Shown here in pieces: positions 13,894 through 29,715 of a DNA stretch of 64,000 nt (position 1 is the stretch's first letter; every line of letters begins with the position of its first letter). A program made the position numbers and the translations under genes. Below the pieces are notes generated by a model. The model worked only from the letters and a program-made list of their open reading frames with translations. It made no database searches and had not been told where the DNA came from. Origin of the DNA: the human T2T-CHM13v2.0 reference genome, Homo sapiens; the NCBI RefSeq assembly GCF_009914755.1, contig NC_060934.1, one strand, 5' to 3'.

Positions 13894-14689
13894 TATGCTC
13901 TTCTACACACACATAGCTGAGAGTCTCTGTAACAGGACAGAGGTAGTCTATCTGGGGATAGATTGAAAGTCCCTGACTCATCCTCATGAACTTGAGTGCA
14001 GTTTTAATGCCACGACCCGTCCATTTTTTTGTAGTTCCCCAATATTTTGGAACCTCCTTGAAGGCTTACCTTTCCACTGCTATCTTACAAAAGTGGAGAG
14101 AAAGGTGACATTTCCTATAAGATGTTCCATCTCTTTTAAGATCTATACCTCCAACTAGACAGGAAAAGTCCTAAGTCCTCGCCCACCCTGTGGGATGCTT
14201 CTGAAAGTTGTTACTTACCTTGTGAGTACAAATGAAGTATATCGTCTCTCTCCTGTTCCAGGCTGGTAGGTAATGTGTACTTTGTCCTTTCTCATTGGTT
14301 TTTATTAATAAAAGGAAACCACCAAGCTATAGGAAATCTTAGAAGTCATCATCTCTATTCCATTGGTGCCTTAAGAGAAGAGGCTGTGTCTTGTTTGAGG
14401 TTATATCTTCAATACTTAAAAAAATACCTCTGGAAGGCAATGGATGTCCTCAGGCATATGAGATATAACCCTCCAGCTGTATGCATGTCCATATAGCTTG
14501 CATAGGTAGTTTGCTTAGGAAATGTTTATGAACAGAAATGGTTCTGGCCTAGAATTGCATCCACTTATAAGGACTCAAAAGGTTCCTGTTTATCTCCCCA
14601 AACTCACTGCTCAATCTCTTAGCTTCACCCATAGGAAAACTATTTTGCATACACTGTTCCCTTTGCTTAGAACATTTCCCCCTTTCTTA

Positions 14690-15001
14690 CCCTTCCTCAA
14701 CCTTGCCCTAGCTAACTCTTACTGTCTTTAGGTTGTGTCTTAGATGTTACCTCCTAGAAGAACCTTCCATGGCCTCCTAAGACCCTCCTCTGTGTATCTG
14801 AAACACTGTATGCCCACACCAATGTAGAATTTTATGCTGTAATACAATTGCCCATTATCTTGCTTACCTTCCCTGATGCTCAGTAACTTTCTTAAGGACA
14901 AGAAGCTCTTTTACTCATTATTTTATCTCTAGCTACTGGCAAACTATTTTGCACAAAATAGACATTCAGTAAATATTTGTTGTCTGAATGAATGAATGAA
15001 C
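14690..15001 (+). mobile_element. L2 3' region
   Basis: Ends gcacaaaatagacattcagtaaatatttgttgtctgaatgaatgaatgaa. Start approximate. Confidence 0.6.
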
Positions 15002-17874
15002 AAAGTCCAAACAAGGAATATATTCTTAGGCATAGACGGCTTATCTTTCAGAAATTAAAGTGCGGCTACTTTGTGTCTGCATTGAATGTCAGTCCAAGCT
15101 TCTCAGAGGATTCCTCTGGATAGGCACCCCAGCGTGGGTCCTAGCTATTGCTTAGGACCTCCCAGGGCCTGCCTTTCTCTGGGTGTAGGGCCCAGGATTT
15201 TCCCCACTAGGCTGGGCTTTCCTACTATTCTCTACCCTTACTCAACTCCTCCATCCTGTCTGGGAGACTCAACAATTCCTCTTCCAGGCTCCATGTCCTC
15301 CTGCCCTGCCTAAACTTGGTGACACCTCTAGCTCCTGGGAATCTGGTGATCTCTATTCACCCACCACTACCTATTTCATTTGCTCTGCCTGAGGTGTGTT
15401 CACTAACAGGTTGTTGAATATGGCTCTACCCTTGGATGAAACTTGAAGGTCTGTACTGGTTGTCTTAAACAGCTTTCAGTCTTATTGGCAGGCATGAGGC
15501 TCTGCAGCTGCTCAATTAATCAGGACCAGAAGCCAACTTATGTTGGGTCCTGTCTCTGAGAGTAAGTCCATGTTAGCTCAACTACTGAGTTCGTGATCCT
15601 TGGGGGATTTGGAGAGGAATGTCCCTAGCTCCTCTCTGGTGGTCATTCACTTGGGTCCCATTGGAAGAGAAACCTTTAAGAATTAAATCACTGCAGTTTT
15701 CCAGTAGAAGAAATACAGTGCATTTAATAAGGATAAATAACTGTCTGCTAATAATTAGAGGAGGATCTCTGCTTGCAGACCCTACTAATTCACACTCTGT
15801 CCTCATTCTCATCCCCTCCCTTTGCCCCTGGAAGTGATGCTCAAAGGATCAAGATCAAAAGGCAGTGGAAAGAAATGAAGGATGCAGGAGAAAGATGGAC
15901 ATTGTGAATAAAGGGAAGAGAGAGAGGGGTGATGGGGAAGGTAGGAAGATCAGGACAGAGCAAGGAACAACAGGATGAGATTCAAAAGAAAGCAACATGG
16001 GGAACATGCAAGTGGTGAGGGCTAAGAAATCTTAATAATGAAGAAACCATGGGGACTAAGAGGAAGTTGAAGAAAGCTGCTGGAGCAACCTAGAGAGACA
16101 GAAGAGAGCAGAGAAGTGAGTGAAAGGAATAAACCTGGGATGAGAGAGAGGATCTGCACTGTAACTCTGATATTGACCAAGAGGATTGATAACCTCCCTT
16201 TTATTAAATGCCACATACATGCCAAGTGCTGTGCTGAGGCTTTGCATTTATTATAGCATAGTGGGCACTAGCCCAGAATGGAATCCAGAGTTGAGCTGTT
16301 TATGGAGCTGTGCACCAGAAAACACTTAGATGTCTACACATAAGTTCACATGCAGGAGACTAGGAGAGGGTTGTTCTCTCCACCTCCAGTCTCAGCCCAG
16401 GAGGGCAGAGGTTGGCCAGCCACAGAGCCCAGTCCAGGTACTTCAACAAGGGGAGCTGAGTGGAAGAACAGAAGCAAACTATCCCTGAGCATAGGAGGGG
16501 CTCCATCACCTTCAGAATGCTACCAAATAGCTAGGAGGGATGAAGGCAGATGGTGATGGCTTTTGGGGGTAGGAAGTTACCTGAGGTCCTCAGGCCAGCA
16601 GGCATGGTCTTGGAGCTCTAAAGATTCAGGTATTTATGCTATTATGACCATTTGGGTATTCAGGGCTGGTGAAACTAGAAACAGAACTCACAGATGTCTT
16701 ATCCCTTTGAATGCTTATTTATAACAACTCTGTTATATCTCCATTAAAGAAACACTAGTTACTTCCCCCATGCTACTGGATGGTGGCACTAAGTACGACA
16801 TGATCAGTGTGACGCAAAGACCATACTCTTTCCACTCTACCCTAAGGCATCTCATTAGAGATGGCATCTCTGCTGTCCCATCTCTGCTATCCCATTTCTG
16901 GTTGTCAGAGCAATATATTCTAGGAGGTCAGCCTCAGCCTCAGGCCATCTTTAGGCAGACAGGAGGTTAAGAGAAGGGAAATGCAGTGCTGGTCCAGAAG
17001 CAATGACCAAGGCCCTGGGAGCCATGAAGATAGAGGCCACACTGGACATTTCCAGCTGGGCAGAGAGAGGAAGGTTAGAAACCAGGAAAAGATGAGCAGG
17101 AGTTCAGCCAATGAAGGTTTGGGGCACAGGAAGCAAAAAGCCTGGTCTTATAGGTTGGCATTGGTCCCCTCCACCTGTTGGGGACACACAGAAGCCTGGA
17201 GCCACAGGATGTCAGGAACTTTCTGTCCCTTTCAGCTTCACACATGCACAGCTTAGCGAGAACATTACCCTTGATCCTCTGAGCCAGGGATCACAGTCTA
17301 CGGGATTTGTGAAAATTTGGTTTTGTCTTGCAGGGAATTTGTCCCCATGTAATTCATTAATTGACCCATTGCTCCTTAGAGCTGCAAGGAGCCTGGTAGT
17401 TCAGGCCATTAAGTCCCTTCTGTAGGCCTAATTCATGGCCTGACATCACAATCCTAAAAACATAATCCATTTGTCCTGATTTGATTTTTTCTTTTCGAGA
17501 GGCTCCCTTGGCAGCCAGGTTTTCTCATTATGATATGATTCATCCATATGGTAATTACCATTAGAATTAGTATCTCAGACGTGATTCATCTTTGGAAATA
17601 TTAAGCTGGAAGCATCACTTACAGAAAGGCCTGTTCCATTTACAGCCATGGGGAATGTCTGCAGAGATGCTCCTTCATCCAGCTAGCATTTGTTGAGTTT
17701 TGCCCTGTGCTGGATTCTGAACTAGGGGCCTTGAGGCGTATAGAGATGAATAGGCCCTAGACTGTGCCCTCAGTAGCTTCCATTCTAGAAGGGAGATGAT
17801 AGGGACGTAAGTGCTTGTCAGATGGATGGTACAGTCAGAGATGAAAGGTAACATGTTCTCCTTAAAGTCTAGGA

Positions 17875-18062
17875 TACAGGTTTTCAAACTCTAGCAGGAA
17901 TCAAAATCACCTGAAGGGCTTGCTAAAACACAGATTATTGGGTCCCAGCCCAGAGTTTTTGATTCAGTAGGCCTGCGATGGAGCCCAAGAATTTGCAGTT
18001 CCAACAAACTCCTGGGTGAGGAGGATGATGCTGGTCTGGGGACCACACTTTGAGGACCATAG
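17875..18062. mobile_element. MER5A
   Basis: aatcacctgaagggcttgctaaaacacagatt...gattcagtagg...ggagcccaagaatttgcag...gggaccacactttgaggaccat. Confidence 0.85.
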
Positions 18063-19219
18063 CTCTAAGTCTTCAATTATTTCTCCACTGTGCCCTTTCT
18101 CCATTGCTTGCAGCATGCTAAGCAGTGCCCTGTGCTGGGGACAAAATGTTTATTAAAGCTTGGTCCCTGTTCCAGTGGGGAAATAGTAGGAGAGTAAACA
18201 GTGATTTCTGTACTTCACAGAAAGTGCTACTAGAGCTTTGCTTAAGGTGTCATTGGATCACCAAAAAGAACATGATTATTTCTTGCCGGAACCCAGGGAA
18301 GGCCACATGGAGGAGGTAAAATTTTAATAAAAGGGATGTGGATTGGAAGAAGTTGTATGGAAGGGCATTTGCAGCTGCGAAATTCCCAAGTTTTCAAATG
18401 TCCTGGGGCATCCTCTAACTTCTTCTGAGATGTTCCCCTGAAGTGATAAAGGTTCAGCTTACTTCCCATAGAAGCCTCTGGCACAGTTCTGGTTAATTCG
18501 CCTGGTTTTAGCAAAGTCTTTATGTTTGTCTTTCCGGAGTTCTGTTTGGTCAGTGTCTTGCTCGTGCATGGTCTGAATACTCTCAGTAGAATGGAATTCT
18601 CTGCACAGGCATTTGAATGGAATGTGGAATCATGAGCAGAGCAAACAGCAGCCTGCTACCAAAATTCTCCTCCCCATCCCTGCCATTTAAGTCTCCAAGC
18701 TGCTGCAACTACCCCCTCCAACAGCCTCACTGTTTTTGTTGACTCTTCAGGAAATTCGACAGTTCTTATATCATTGCATTTTGTTTACACACAGACACCC
18801 ATCAGACATGAAACTTCTAGTATCTTCAACCTTTTAGAACACTGCTTGTAGATTCCAAAGTTAGAAAAGAGGCTCATGAGACTAGTAAAGGGGTTTCCAA
18901 ACCATAGCGCAGAGCTCTTACACTTCATGCTGTGAGAGGCCCCTGCGTTGTTACCACCTATTAACTCACAGGTGACACCGTTAAAATAAATGTCATTGTT
19001 TTTCTAGCTCAGGGCACTTTAAGAACCACATTATGGGGAGGATAAGGGTGCTATTAGAAGCACATATATAGTCACTAATGCGAAATGGCAGCTGATACTG
19101 AAGGAGAATAGTAATAAGAGAGAGGGAACAGGAGAAGCTAATGTATTAGAGAATAATGATCATCAAAATAATCATCAAAATTAAGTTTAATTATACCCTC
19201 CATCTGCCACTGAAGAAGG

Positions 19220-19538
19220 GGCTGGGTATGATATAGGGTAAAATCCCAGCACGCTGGGACGCTGAGGCGGGAGGCTTGCTTGAGCTCAGGAGTTTGAGAC
19301 CAGTGTGGGCAACATAGCAAGACCACATCTCTACAAATAATATAAAATTAGCCCAGCATAGTGGTGGTGCCTGTAGTCCCAGCCACTCAGGAGGCTGAGG
19401 TGGGAAGATCACTTGAGCCCAAGAGGTCAAGGCTGCAGTGAGCTATGATTGTGCCACTGCACTCCAGCCTGGGCAACAGAGTGAGACCTTGTCTCAGAGA
19501 AAAAAAAAAAAAAAAAGAAAGAAAGAAAGAAAAAGAAA
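19220..19538 (+). mobile_element. AluJ
   Basis: J-type features (gcttgagctcaggagtttgagacc, aggctgcagtgagctatgatt) and an A/GAAA tail. Confidence 0.9.
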
Positions 19539-20487
19539 GCAAGGAAGTATGGATTATAGAACAGTAACACTAAAAGGGACCTTGGAGATAATAACTGGCC
19601 AGCCTCTTCGTGATAAAGATAAGAAAACTGGGGCAAAGAGTAGGTTATGAGGAAGAGGGTTTCAGTTATTTGCCCAGTATCACACAATTACACAGTACAG
19701 ACTGTGGGTCTCTCCAGGGCAGAGTCTTTTTTCTTTTTAAAATCATTGTTCTCCAGCATCTACCATAGTCGATGTAACTGCAACTCAATATTTGTTTATT
19801 TAAATTGATTTAGCAGAGTCAATACATTAATCCGTATCTTGGTTTCTTTTAAACCCCATGATCCTTTCAAATGATCAATTTCATGAAAAATTAGTAGAGA
19901 GAATAGATCAGATTAAGTCCTTTGACTCTAAGCCCATCAGCAAATGATAATGAAATGTTGTTAAACTGTTGGTGGATTTATCAGAAATGGCCAAGTTTGG
20001 TTACTAGCAATTAAATCCACATTTGGCTACAGCTATTCTGAATACTTTGTAAAGATTTTATGCCATTTCATATGATTTATATATCTAGTTTTCAGCAAAT
20101 ACAGGTGACAGTAGAATGTCGCCTGTGGTTCAGATGAATCCAATGTAGTCAGGGCCAAAAAACCAGAGGATTCTAGCCAAGTTTTTGGTGAAGACATAGA
20201 ATTGAGAAATTCACTTATTCAATCAAGAACTGTTCATTGAGAACTTATAATGCCAAACACTGTTCTAGACACTGCAGATACAGCAGTGAAAAAAAGAAAA
20301 TCTCATGAAGCTGACATTCTAATGGAAGGAACAGACAACAAACAACAAACAAACAAAAAGTGATGGAGGGATTGTGACTACAATTACCCCTCTGTTGAAA
20401 GTGCTTCCTCTGACATCTGTAATAGGATTTTCTGTTTGGTTTGGTAGTTAACAGCACTAGCTTAGACATGGAGAGTCTTGATGTTAA

Positions 20488-20658
<171 letters not shown>

Positions 20659-22275
20659 TAGCGCCTTATTTTTAAATGCTGATAATAGTAGAACCTCTTC
20701 ATAGAGCTGTTCTGCGGTTTAATTGAAATCACATCTCACTACTCAGGGCCTGGTTCATTTTAAGCATTCAACAAATGATGCAATTATTATTATTATTGAG
20801 TCAATGGACCTCTAAGTAACACACTTTCTTCCTGTTGAAAGATTTCAGAAGATATGCCATCAGATCTTAGAACCTCATAATTTTTCATAAGTGATCTCAA
20901 AAAGATAGCTTCTGAAACAGAGCAAGTACAAAATTGACCCCACTTGACAATACCCTTTTTGACTTTAGTAGAAGTCAAGTCAAGAAAAAGCTCTGGCTAT
21001 TCCAAGGAGCTTTCCTTCTGGGTGAGTGCTGTGGATGTGGTGTGTCTGGTTGCTTCATGCCTTTTAGTGCATGCAAGTCTTTGCCTTTGTCTCCATCTGA
21101 ATTACCCCAGCTCTTTTCAGCCTCAGTATGCTTGTTTTCTTTTGTTTTGGGCCTAAACTCCACATCCTAGTACTGGCTTCTATAAGGCATCCCTCTTTCA
21201 TGAGTCACAAGGAACTGCAAATGCCTTTTAAAGTGTTTATGCAAGTGTTATCTAAGCATTGCTTGCTTTTCTCTAAGTCATTTTATTGTGTCAAATCATT
21301 TTGCCCAAACCACTCCAGGCCATGTCATTTCACAGCACCTACCATAATGGGAGGAGTGTAATCCCATGGAAGGATCCATTCACAGTTTGCAACATTGATC
21401 TATAGTTCTCTATATAAAGCCTACATCTCTAAAAACTTAGCAGTGACCAAATATAACAACTTTGACTCCTTTCCTTTCCTCCCAATGACTTCAGCAAGTC
21501 CTGTAGAAATATATTTTGATAATATATAATAGCCTACAATTTTTTACTAATTTATTTGGTCTACTTGTTTATTGTCTGCCTTCCCCATGAAAATGAAGCT
21601 CGTCTTGCTCACTGGTAGAACACCAGCAGTTGAGCTTAGCACAGTGTATGTGCTCAGTAAATATAAATCACTTGTTGAGTAAATGAATGCTCACATAGCT
21701 GTCTAGCAAGTGTGGATGCCATGTTGTGATGTGTTGGATTTTGTTTCAAAAAAGATATTGGCCTATGTAGGGCAGTAGTCTGTCTAGTTTTCAGAACTTT
21801 CCATCACCATATTAACCTTGAGTTTCTCTCATTTGTGACTGTATAATTTAAAACTATAAATCTTCACATAAAGGAAGCATATTTGGTCATTCATTAGACT
21901 TAACTTGACTATTTTCAAAAGGAATTGAGAATGGCCATGAAAGGAATTATCATGAATAAAAACAATAACAACAGCATTGTAAACATCACCTAAACCTCTT
22001 ACCAAGATCACCCCTAACAGTGTGATCTTTATCCCACTGTTGGGCTTTGAGTGTGACAATGGATAGTGCAATGGATAAAGCTGGACCACAGAGTTAGAGA
22101 AATCTGGGTTTCTATCCTGGCATAGCCTCTTACTAGGTGTGTAAGGCTGACTGTATTTCTCTACTTCTCTAGGCTTACTTTCCCATCTACAAAATGAATC
22201 AACTTTATAGATTAGTGTGTGGATTCAATTGTTATGTAATTAAAATACTTATTATGGTTCCAAACACATCATCAT

Positions 22276-22749
22276 TGTGTTAGTTAACATCTGCTGTGTA
22301 GCAAAGGACTCCCAAAACGTACCGACTTTTCACAACAATCATTTATTTAGCCCATGATTCTGTGAATTAGTTGGGTAGTTCTAGTCTGGATCAACTGATC
22401 TCTGCTGGGCCCTCTCATGCATCTGTGGCAGCAGTTGGACTGGCAAGTGGATGATCTAGGATCCAGGATGGTTTCATTATGTGTCTGGCTGTTGGCAAGT
22501 TATCAGCCAAGGTGACAGGGGTGACTGGGCCATGGTCTTTCATCCTCCCGCAATCTAGTTCAGGCTTCTTCACATGGCAGTTGTTGCAGAGTTGCCAAAA
22601 GCAACAAGAGAGAGCAATCTCCAATGTACAGGTATTTTTCAAGACTGCTTGCATCATATTGGCTAAATTTCCATTAGTTAAGGAAATCACAGTTCCAGCC
22701 CAGTGTCAGTGAAGGAAATAATTCGCGGCCATTTTTGTAGCCTGCCACA
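22276..22749 (-). mobile_element. MLT1 (G/H-like) MaLR solo LTR
   Basis: TG...CA ends; reverse start tgtggcaggctacaaaaatggccgc; TSD atcat / atcct. Confidence 0.7.
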
Positions 22750-22774
22750 ATCCTCATCATCACTGTCATCATAA

Positions 22775-23015
22775 AAACTAGTATTTGTTGAGCATTTACT
22801 AAGTGCCAGATGCTGTTCTAATCATATTACATTTATCAAAGCTTGTAATTCTAGCCACAACCTTATGAGGCAGATACTATTATATCCTATATTGGCGAAA
22901 AGGAAACTGAGGCACAGAATGGCAAAGCAACTTATCCAAGGTCACACAGCTGGGAAGCATGGGAGCTGGAATTCAAACCAATGCTCCAGAGCCATACTTG
23001 TAATGACCGTTCTCT
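22775..23015 (-). mobile_element. MIR
   Basis: aaggaaactgaggcacagaatggcaaagcaacttatccaaggtcacacagct. Confidence 0.75.
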
Positions 23016-23073
23016 ACTGTCTCTTCTTCACACTCTACATGTGGGCTTTTCCATGATTCCTTCTTTTTCATAA

Positions 23074-23403
<330 letters not shown>

Positions 23404-26400
23404 AATACCTTGATTTTGACAGGTTCCCTGAACATTGCCATATCTACCACCAGTTTGTCCACACTTCAGCATTTTTCCAACAAAGCACCTTGAGTTTCTC
23501 TCATCCTGGATTGGTGTGACTGGGATGCATCATTCCAGATCTTGGTAGTAATTTTTGATCTCTTTCTGGTTCTTTGTGGTGAGGGTATTGGCAATCGTGA
23601 TGGAAGTTCAGAGCTTCATTCACAGAGCACTTCATCTTTTATTTCTTCAGACAAGTTTGGGGGCTTGGAAATGTGGCTGATAACGATGTTGAAATATTAC
23701 TTAATATATACATAGCATTTATATATGTTTATTAATAGTTTCTTGGAGGTGATTTGCAATACCTTTTGATATCAGAGACTATGGCTTTCTCTCTATCCTC
23801 AGCAACTAGCACAGGCAAGAGCACACAGAGGACACATTGGAGGAGCTCAGTACATGTTGTAAATATCTACATCCGTATCTGTATTTTATTAAGACAGGGT
23901 CAAAAACACATATACTAATGGTGACCAGATATTGGCCAGGTGTGGTCACTAAAGAATGGTGGGCACTGGCATCCAGTGGAGAACTCATGCCCCATCTAAC
24001 AGTAGAAGATCTAGCCATTTGATACCATGTAGGAATGCTCAGTGTTACCAGATTGTTTCATTATTCAGGAGATGCTGGAACTTCAGATGTATATGTAAAG
24101 CTTTCCTGAATTTAAACAGGGTATGTCAGATGAAACAGGTCTGTTGACTGAATCTGGCCCATGGTCAATTGATTTGTGACCTCCCTACATTAGGCACTTG
24201 TTGGCACCTTTCTATTGCATTATAACTGTCCTGAAGGCCCGAGGTGGAAGGGGAGATGCAGAATAAGGCGGAGATGGAACAATGAGATGACAAGAGATGA
24301 AAGACTTCAAGAAGGATGGATGATTGCCTATTTCAGAGATTCTGCAGAGGGCAAAGAAATGGGAATAAGAAAAGGCTATTAGATTAAAGTAAATTAATTA
24401 TTTGGCACAGCACTACGTCTACAGGCTGTGTTCTTTAAAGAAATGATCAAATAACATGGGAAATAGTTAAGCAAATTAAAATACTTTGTTTACTCTGACT
24501 CTCGTAATTGTCTTTAATATTCTATTATGCAATGTAAATCTCCAAAAGGAGAAGAGATTTACTGAGATTTTTTAAACTTTCATGATCAAGGAGTCCTTAG
24601 GTCATACAATCCCTTGTAGATAGAATGTTTTGAGGAAAACACCTTGGAAAAGCTGGATAAGAGACTGAATGAGTCACTGGGAGTCTATGGAGGCCTGATG
24701 TGGAGACTGGAATGCACATGGTAGTGAGCAAATGCACAATGAGCCAGCGCAGCAGCTTGGCAAGTAAAGAAAGTAGGCCAACCTATTAGGAACTAGGAAT
24801 TGCCAGCTTAGTAATCTTTTTAAGACAAAACCATTTTAGCATTATTCCTTTGCTGAAAACAAACCAGCGAAAACAAAAACAAAAACAAACAAACAAAAAA
24901 CAAAAAAAAGCATCAAGGGGTGCCCTCCTCTGATGGGTGAAATCTCCTTGCTTTAACATTCCAGGTCTCCTTTATCAGGCCAGCTGACCTTTCTTATTCC
25001 CCAGTTGTTCCCTGGCCTTTCTCATTCCCCAGTTATTTCCTATGCTTACTCCCTGCTCTAAACTCCACTGGCTGTCCTTATTGCTTGCATGGTGAGTTGT
25101 CTCCCCAGCTGCTCCAGTTAGAGAAATGCCTGCTTTCCAAGGCACAGGTCAAACCCTGCTTTGCCTATTAAGCCTTCCTTAGCCATCAAGCTACCAGTCA
25201 GTTCTTTTCCTTACACAACTGGATCAGTTACTTCTGAAGGACTTGCATGGGACTTAGTGTGTTGGAGATGGCCTGTATGATTTGGAGCCAAGAGAATAAA
25301 ACTATGTCTTGAGATCTGCAGCTCTCTACCCCCATTTGCCCTCACAGTACACCCAAATAGGGTTAGGATAATATTGCCCAGAAACACAGAAGAGCAAGGG
25401 CATAACTCCAATCACATTGCATTTCATAGATTGTGGTCTATAGTTATACAACCACCTATTATTCATTGAGGGTAAAGGAGTGTATTCTCTTTTATAGACT
25501 TGCTCAACAGTAAAGAGCATCATTTCTAGACACTAGGCTGAGTATGTTACATGTTTATCATGGTGAATCCCAGAATCTCCCTAAGAATAGTGTTATTATT
25601 CCCATTTTACAGAGGAGGGAGCTGTCTTGAAACATTCAAGTCAGCTTGTTCACACTTAATGACCAGCTCTCTATCTGGTGAAGGTCGAGTCAGGTGTACC
25701 TGACCTCATGTACCTGACCCCAAACCTGGGCTCTTTCTGTCCCAGCACACCATCTCCATGGCCATGCTGGCCACTAGAAATTTAATGACAGAGAATTAAA
25801 GGTAAGAATCACACTGTGCCTTCAAGTGGCAAATATATACCACCAGACAGAGGAAGACAGATAAAATCTAGTTAGGGTCTACACAGTTTGAATATCATAG
25901 GACTCGGTGCATTCTGGGGTATCATAAGGACCTAGCACAGCTCAAGAGAGGCCCTCTTGAGTGAGATTTGGAGGATGCAACATCATGGGGGCACATGCCT
26001 GGCCCGCAGGGCAGTGAGAGTCTTCTACTCCCTGGCCATTCGTCAGTGTCACCGAAGGAGGTGACCTTCATTTCCACCCTACTCTAAGCTCTTGGCTTTT
26101 CTGTCTCCTTTACTAGACTGTGAACTCTGAGGAGAGAAACTATTTTATTTATCCAGCCCTGTCATAGTTTCTGGTATATAAACAGTAACTATTTGTTGGT
26201 TTGATGAATGAATGACAAGTCAGCCAAGGCAAGGTGCTCAAGGTGACATGATAGAGACAGCATGATAGAGACAGCACCTTTATTCCCCCATCAGAGAGCT
26301 GGATTACCTCACTGCATGTTATGTGTCTCCTCCGTTTGTTTATACACTATCCAGAAGTCTCTGGCTTCTCAGAATGCTTGACAAATTCCAAGTCCTCCCT

Positions 26401-27257
26401 TCAATAATGTCAAACCTTATAATTTTCAGGCCTCATCGAAGATTGTGAAATCCTGCAGCAGCACAAGAGGTGTCTGCTGCCCCTCACACTTTCCCCACAT
26501 CTTCCAACACACTGCCTTGCACAGAGCAGGGTCTATATACATGCACATTGAATGACTGCATTGAAATAGATTGGAGACATGGTTAGGAACCTGTCCTAAC
26601 AGTGCAATCTTCTTGAGACAATGCTTGGTGAATTCGGGTGATAAAAGGAGAAGAAATCAGGATAGTGACAGTGACATAGATGGGGCAAGAAGAGTGAGCA
26701 GGATCTGTCAACTTATTGGATATGGGAGGTGAGGGAGGAGGAAGAGAAAAAATGATTCAAATACTTTGATCTCAGCTGACAGTTTGAAGGATTATGCCCA
26801 AAGGGGAAATAGGGAAGTTCTCTTTCCCCATGACCCTCTCATCCTCATTTCAGTTTAAGCATGGAGAAAAGATTTCCCATAAAAGTCAGGCTGAAACACT
26901 CCATGGAGGGAGACAGACCTGGGACAGTCATTCAGTAATGTCCAGGAAAACCAGAAGGAAAGGTTTGCCTTCATCTCTCTGCAGAAGAGCTTTGCTCTGC
27001 TGAGGAGGAGAAATTTGAGCTGAATGTATTTCTGGTTGGTATGACTTGTAAGTTCTCTGTTTGATAGCAGAGTTGTTTGAATGACCTATTTTATAACTAC
27101 ACAGAGCTTTTCCAAATAGATGGTGTCTGTAGAATGTTCAGGTTAATGCATGAGCCGAGTGCTCAGAGTGTTTGCACTTGGAGCATCTGAGCCTTCTTTC
27201 TTAATAAGTCATCTTGGCATTTTGTCAACAAGTTAATTTGCTTTCCTAAGAAACTAG

Positions 27258-27584
<327 letters not shown>

Positions 27585-27785
27585 TGAAATTTCACTTTTA
27601 ACTTTCTATCTTTGACTACAGAGAAGGATCTAAGTTAAGATTTATGTATCTCCTGATGGAAAATTAAGTTCACTTTTCAGCAACTTTAAGTAAAAGTCGC
27701 TTCTTTAAGAGAATATAAAAAGGTGGTCCCTTATTAAAATCCCCTAAGGTGTCAACATTCCAAATAGTAATCATTAAGATTTTGA

Positions 27786-28119
<334 letters not shown>

Positions 28120-29212
28120 TTAAAACGCTATCTTTAATTTTTTTTAAAATGATTCAGGCAGGTAGTTTCTCCTAGTGGTAGTTTATGACAAATGTCAATT
28201 ACTATGACAAGATGCTAGGAAACAAATATAGTCAAGCAGTCATATTGAAAACCCACTGTGGTTGGGAGCAGAGTGAAATATAGATCTCCTTCATACATAG
28301 AATTAATAGGTGTCTATTGACCAGAAAAGCCAAAGGCCATCTTCCAGCTACTCCCATCTTAAAGGACAAGATAGGCAGGCATCCCACTGAAAGATGAAAG
28401 CCAATGGAGAGTGGGGTCCCTTGGCATATGAACTTCCCAGCTACTTCCCATGAGCAGCAGACAGGCAGGTCAGAAATGGCAGTGCACCAAACAACCTCAG
28501 AAACTTGTACACTGCATAGCTGTCACAAGCTGCTTGGCAGCCTTCCCTGGCAGGAAGCTGCCAACCAGACAGGGACCATGCAAAGCAGCATTCCACTGCC
28601 TGGGGGTTGCCAGAACTCAATCTGACAGCAGCTATTGTCCCTCCATAGCAGGTCCTGAGACCCAAGGCCAGCAGGCCAATGACCTTCCTCCTTGATCCTC
28701 AGCCTTCTCCATTCCTACCCACACACACACCCCTAGACAGGCCTAAGAGGAATACTGTAACCTCCTTGTGTACTATGTTGGGTGCCAAGTTGGTTTGTTT
28801 TCTGGAGTTGCCCGAACTTCAGGGGATTGGTTATAAATGAATGAAGAATAACAGAAGGTGTGGGAACACTAGTGGCTTCATGTTTTTCAGCCATTCAACA
28901 CATTTTTTGAGCCCCTATTAGGTGTTAGGTGCTGGAAAAGGAACAAAACATAATTCCTGCCCTCATGGAATTTATAGTCTCTAGGTGGTAAGCTGTTTTC
29001 CCTACACACAAGACTCAAGGTTTCTCCCCTCTGATGTGGCACCTAGAGAGTACCAAGCCTGCATTCTTCATCATACTCTTCCCAGGAAGTTGGGCTGAGA
29101 TTGGCATGTGGAATTGGCATTGTTTTAATGCTTGTGATGGTATGCCAGGGCCTTATCCCATGAGTTAATCAACATGTGTAGACTAAACCCCTCCCATTTG
29201 GTTTTCAAAGTC

Positions 29213-29513
29213 TTTTTTTTTTTTTTTCTTTTTGAGATGCAGTCTTACTCTGTCACCCAGGCCGGAGTGCAGTGGCATGATCTTGGCTCACTGCAGCCTC
29301 TGCCTCCCAAGTTCAAGTTTCTCATGCCTCAGCCTCCCGAGTAGCTGGGACCACAGGCACACGCCACCTCGTCTGGCTAATTTTTGTATTTTTAGTAGAG
29401 ACGGGGTTTTGCCATGTTGGCCAGGCTGGTCTCGAACTCCTGACCTCAGGTGATCCGCCCATCTTGGCCTCTCAAAATGCTGGAATTACAGGTGTGAGCC
29501 ACTGCACATGGCC
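29213..29513 (-). mobile_element. AluS, inserted in copy 1 of a local duplication
   Basis: Reverse Alu; TSD tcaaagtcttt / ttaaagttttt. Confidence 0.93.
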
Positions 29514-29592
29514 TTAAAGTTTTTATGTGCCTCAGTTAAACATATTTCTTTAACAATCAGTGGAATAAAATGGATTAAAAACCCAGATGGGT

Positions 29593-29715
29593 TTCTCACC
29601 ACAAACAATGATAAGTATGTAAAGCATATGTTAGTTAGCTCAACTGAACCATTCCACAAGGTATACATATTTCAAAACATCATGTTTTACATGACAAATG
29701 TATACAGTTTTTATT
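29593..29715 (+). mobile_element. L1MA-type 3' end fragment (duplicated copy)
   Basis: ttctcaccacaaacaatgataagtatg...ccattccacaaggtatacatatttcaaaacatcatg. Confidence 0.75.

Noticed and set aside
20842-21022. Exon-like interval (pyrimidine tract + AG ... TGG|GTGAGT)
   Set aside because: Splice-like signals are frequent in long introns; no recognisable PLCE1 peptide.
23960-24660. Possible ancient hAT (MER-type) fragments; similar at ~40550-40700
   Set aside because: Too decayed to assign family or boundaries by eye.
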